A DNA stretch of 64,000 nt from Macrostomum lignano (Eukaryota): positions 1 through 64,000 of the forward strand of contig NIVC01002478.1 of the NCBI GenBank assembly GCA_002269645.1, in the 5' to 3' direction. Both the position numbers and the translations under genes were made by a program. Under the pieces are notes generated by a model, which was not told the origin of the DNA, searched no databases, and saw only the letters and a list, made by a program, of their open reading frames with translations. Positions 60,177 to 64,000 of the stretch are shown here, piece by piece; position 1 is the stretch's first letter, and the number at the start of each line of letters is the position of its first letter.

Positions 60177-60263
<87 letters not shown>

Positions 60264-61000
60264 TTCTGTCTTTCTCTCTTATCTCTCCTCCTCTTTCTAC
60301 TCTCTCCTCTTTCCTCTCCTCTCTCCTCACTCACTTCTCTACCTTTGTCTCTCCTCTCTTCTCTCATCTCTATAATCTCTCCTCTATTCTCTCTACTCTC
60401 CTATCTTTCATCTGTTCACTCTTGTCTCTGCTTTCTCATCCCCCTCCTTGATCTGGCATCTATGTCTTATATGTTCTCTCATCTCTCTCCTCTGTACTCT
60501 TTTCTTTCCTCTCTTTTGACTCCTCACTTTCCTTTCTCCTTTCTTCTTTTCTCTTCTCTTCCCTTTTCTATACTCTCTCTCCCTCTCTTCTCTCCTCTCC
60601 TCTTTATCTCTCATCTCTTATTTCTCATCTCTCCTTTCACCTCTCTCATCTCTACAACCTTAGAGATGTAGAGATGTATCTTTATCTCTTCTCTCTTTCC
60701 TTTACTCTCTTATCTCTTCTTTCACCTGTTTCCTCTCTGCTCTCCTCTCTGCTGTCTCCCCTCTCCTCTCATCTGCAGCTCTCTGCTCTCTCATCTCTAC
60801 TCTCTCCCCTTTTCTCCCCCTCTCTCTCATCGTCCTCACCCCCTCATCTCTCTTATTATCTTTTATCTTTTCTTTTATCCCCTCTGTCACCTCTCCTCTC
60901 TTTGAATCGTCTATTCCTTCTTCTTTCCACTCTCATCTGCCTCTCAGCCATAAGCTGTATTCTTTATCTGGCCTTTGAGGTAAAAGTCTGCCTATCCCTG
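59430..61000 (-). repeat. ~1.45-kb CT-rich low-complexity tract with a (CT)n core, bounded by GA-rich hAT-MITE ends
   Basis: atctggcctttgaggtaaaagtctgcctatccctg (~60965-61000) matches the 2825-2859 end; ttggcaaact at ~59436. Confidence 0.75.
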
Positions 61001-61739
61001 CTTGGAAAGCCAGTTTGTGGGACGTAGTACTCTCATGGTTGTTCTCATGCTTTGATCACGTCATCTTTCTTGCCAATTTGCAGCCCTAAAAGGAATTTGT
61101 GTATCTTCAGCACCACTGCAGTTTGCATCAGTCTAACAGTAACAACCAAGGAAATACGCATTTCTTAGGAGGCCATTTAAAATTTACACAGTACCTTTAA
61201 AAGAAACCTAAAATTTCCATGGTGTGCCTAATTTAGTAGGGTTGTATTGCATTGCATCGCATTGCCTTTTCATAAATCTTTTGGCTTTTTGCTTTTATAA
61301 ACCATGCTGGATTCCCAATTTCCCTCAATTTGCCAATTGCTATCCACTGTTAGACTGCTGCAGAGTGTGCTAATACAGAAGGCAGAATTTCTCACTAAAC
61401 TGTTATGGCTAAACGTAGCCTCTCCACTTTCGGGGTGCAAAGAAGGCTAAATAAAGTTGTTCCAAAACACTGTACATTGCCATGTACATTCAGTTCTATT
61501 GCCTGACCCTTTGTCTGGCTTTGCCTCTGGGGGAATGAATGAGTGAGTGGCACAAACAACAGAAAAACACAGACAAACTTCACACGCTTACAGTTTCTTT
61601 TTCGGTTGAGTTACAGAGTTGAAACTTTACATTAAAATAGATAATAAGTCAATGAAGAATTGTGTCAAGTTTAAAGTCAATCACTTCACGTGGAGTAAAC
61701 TTATGGCAGCTGAAAAGTTTGTCAATTTTGAAACCCTTT

Positions 61740-62180
61740 TATACACCTAGGCCCAGATCGGAATCGGGAAACAGAGGCAGGCGGGTGGAGGTTGGGGTGG
61801 CTGTCTCGCTGACAAAAAATAGCCTAACTTTAAAAGTGTACAACATTGTTCAGGATTAACTTTGAGACTCAAAATTTTACATGATTATGCCAAAATAGTT
61901 GAAAATTGTCTGTGTCAAATTGGAAGAGAATCGGTAGAAGTGGAGTGGCGCTATGGAGCATTTAGTAAAAAAATTGCGCATTTTGAGCAGTTTTTTGTAC
62001 TTTTAGGTAGGAAGACTTGAGTCTAGGAAATTTAAAGGTAGCCTAGGACATTCTCCGTAGTAAGTTTAGGGTAGGTGCAAAATTTGGTGTCATTTGGTTC
62101 AGGCGGTTTTGTGAGTCCATAGCAATCAAAACTGTCCACACACAGACACACAAAGTTTTGATTTTTATATGTAGAGATGA
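61740..62180 (-). mobile_element. Possible short non-autonomous Helitron
   Basis: Minus-strand start tctctacatataaaa...tgtgtgtctgtgtg...ccaaattttgcacc resembles the 9130 end; 3' hairpin and CTAG near 61747-61770 are weak. Confidence 0.4.
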
Positions 62181-64000
62181 TCTGAAGTATAGAATGCAGT
62201 AGAGATAGGCTATCTCTAGATAAGCCTAGTAACATTAGCTAGCCAATGTTTGCCAGTGGGAAATTTGCCAGCTAGACATTTGTAGATGGCAATTGCATAA
62301 AGAATTATAGGTAACAAGTCAATTTGCCAAAAGTTGATTTGCTAAAATTTAATTTTCCAAAAAGATTGTTTTGCTAAAAATTAGGCCCTATTTTGCAAAA
62401 TAAATAAACAATGAACAAATAAATAAAATGAACAAATAAAGAGAAGAAATATTAACTATTAAAATATAAAATGTCACAATGTGAAAAATCAATCAATGAC
62501 CCAAATAACAATCAAAAATAAAATTTAGCATGTTAAATGTTAAAAAATGTAAAATGTCAAAATCAATCAATGATCCCAATAACAAATAAAGATAAATGTA
62601 GAATGTTTAATGTCAAAATTTAGATGTTAAAATTGTCTTTCCGAGGGATTACATTGCAAAATAGTACAACATTGTCAACTGCATTATTGAAGTTAGCAAC
62701 CGGAACTTTTGCCACCAAGTTATCATTGAAGTCATTTGCTCCAACTTCTGCTACCAAGTCCTCATTGAAATCATTAGCATCAACCCTAGCTAGCTACTAC
62801 CAAGTCCTCATTGAAGTCATCGCGTTGACTCTAGCTATAGCTGGAGCTTCTGCTGCCAAGTCCTTGTTGAAATCATTGGTAGTGCCTCTAGCTACAGCTG
62901 GAGCTTTTGCTGCCAAGCCAGCTATGCAATTGTGACATTTCCAATCAAATATTGCCTGCCACATCAACTATTGGTATTGCTACTGTTGAAGCCACTGTTG
63001 CACTTGTGATGTTGCCAGGAACCACAGTTGCATTGTAGTGCCTACTGCCATATAGACATGCACTTCTGACATATAGCATTGATCTATTGCTGTTTCAATG
63101 CTGTATGTCAGATGCTGTACACTGCCAACAAAGCTTATAACAAATGCATATTGCAGAGAGAAGTAGTTGCTTGTTGCTAGTGAATCTACATATATGTATA
63201 GTAATTGGTCATGAGTCTAAGTAGTAAAAGAAAGGCAGAAAAGGGTTGAGTGGGTCCCACTTTGGCTATTATAATATGCAAAAGTAGGAAAGAAACATAT
63301 TTTATATAGCATGTGGCAGTTGTTGCGCAAAAAATATTCTCCTTGTATTTTGTTTTCATATATAAAAAACTAAAAAATCAAACTTATAACCTTACTGTTA
63401 AGTCTAAAGATAGCAGTTTAAGCTAAGAAAATATATATATAGGCCCAAACTGGCCAAGTTAAAGATGATGTATATCCTAAAAAAATCTATAATCTATAAT
63501 ATAAAATATAATCTTAATATAATCCTAATATACTAAATCTCTAAGGTTTGTTTATATGTTTAAATGGGGTTCTAAAAATGCAATACAATGTATATGAATC
63601 ATGCTAACCAAGATGTACATTTACAATAGAATATAACTCACTCACTTAGAACAGTGAGTGATACAGTATATCGCTTTTGAATTGGTAGATATATCAGTTT
63701 CACAATCAGTAGGTTTCATATATGCCCAACACCTATCCAACCTATCCAAACTGGCTGGATAGGTGAAATGGCTACTGGCCAAGGTAAGTTGCAAAATCAA
63801 AAATGCAAAAAAAAACAATTGGGGGGGGGGGAAAGAAGAGAAAGATAAAAGGCTCATTCCATATAAGATGGACATATTGGGAAAATAGAAAAAAGTCAAT
63901 ATTTTTGCTTGCCATTGCCTAATTAGCCTATTTTTTTACCAAATGTTTATATTGTGCAATATATACAATCTAAGAATAAAGGAATGGTAAAATGTTGGAT

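Noticed and set aside
59484-60671. 395-aa Leu/Ser/Phe-rich 'membrane protein' ORF
   Set aside because: Translation of a CT-rich low-complexity tract.
62624-62935. 103-aa ORF with AxKSxLKS repeats
   Set aside because: Arises from a degenerate ~40-bp tandem repeat in AT-rich DNA; no other coding support.

Overview
Repeat-rich eukaryotic genomic DNA from an animal. The codon style and intronic minisatellites resemble a flatworm such as Macrostomum, but that is inference only. No prokaryotic features or CRISPR arrays. (1) 0.7-25.6 kb holds a cluster of lineage-specific, low-complexity genes in two paralog pairs (A/B on -, C/D on +) that end in a similar short basic amphipathic motif. (2) A complete, very young Ty3/Gypsy LTR retrotransposon lies at 25747-35480, with 983-bp apparently identical LTRs, ATTA TSD, a duplicated tRNA-Leu PBS and a G GGA AAC frameshift site. 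(3) A 7-exon HMCES/SRAP gene and a 5'-incomplete NXF1/TAP gene lie in tandem on the - strand, most introns inflated by private minisatellites. (4) There are many non-autonomous elements: hAT and Mutator-like MITEs with TSDs, Helitrons, a mariner relic, RTE-like LINE pieces and tRNA-derived SINEs. Best leads: at least 22 dispersed TA-CGAG(C)(G)-TA micro-insertions that look like transposon excision footprints, two with matching empty sites in this window; a long-range RNA stem in the NXF1 intron at the LRR/NTF2L junction, where mammals have the CTE-bearing retained intron; a decayed 28S rDNA fragment covering the R2 target site inside a hAT element; and the orphan gene family.
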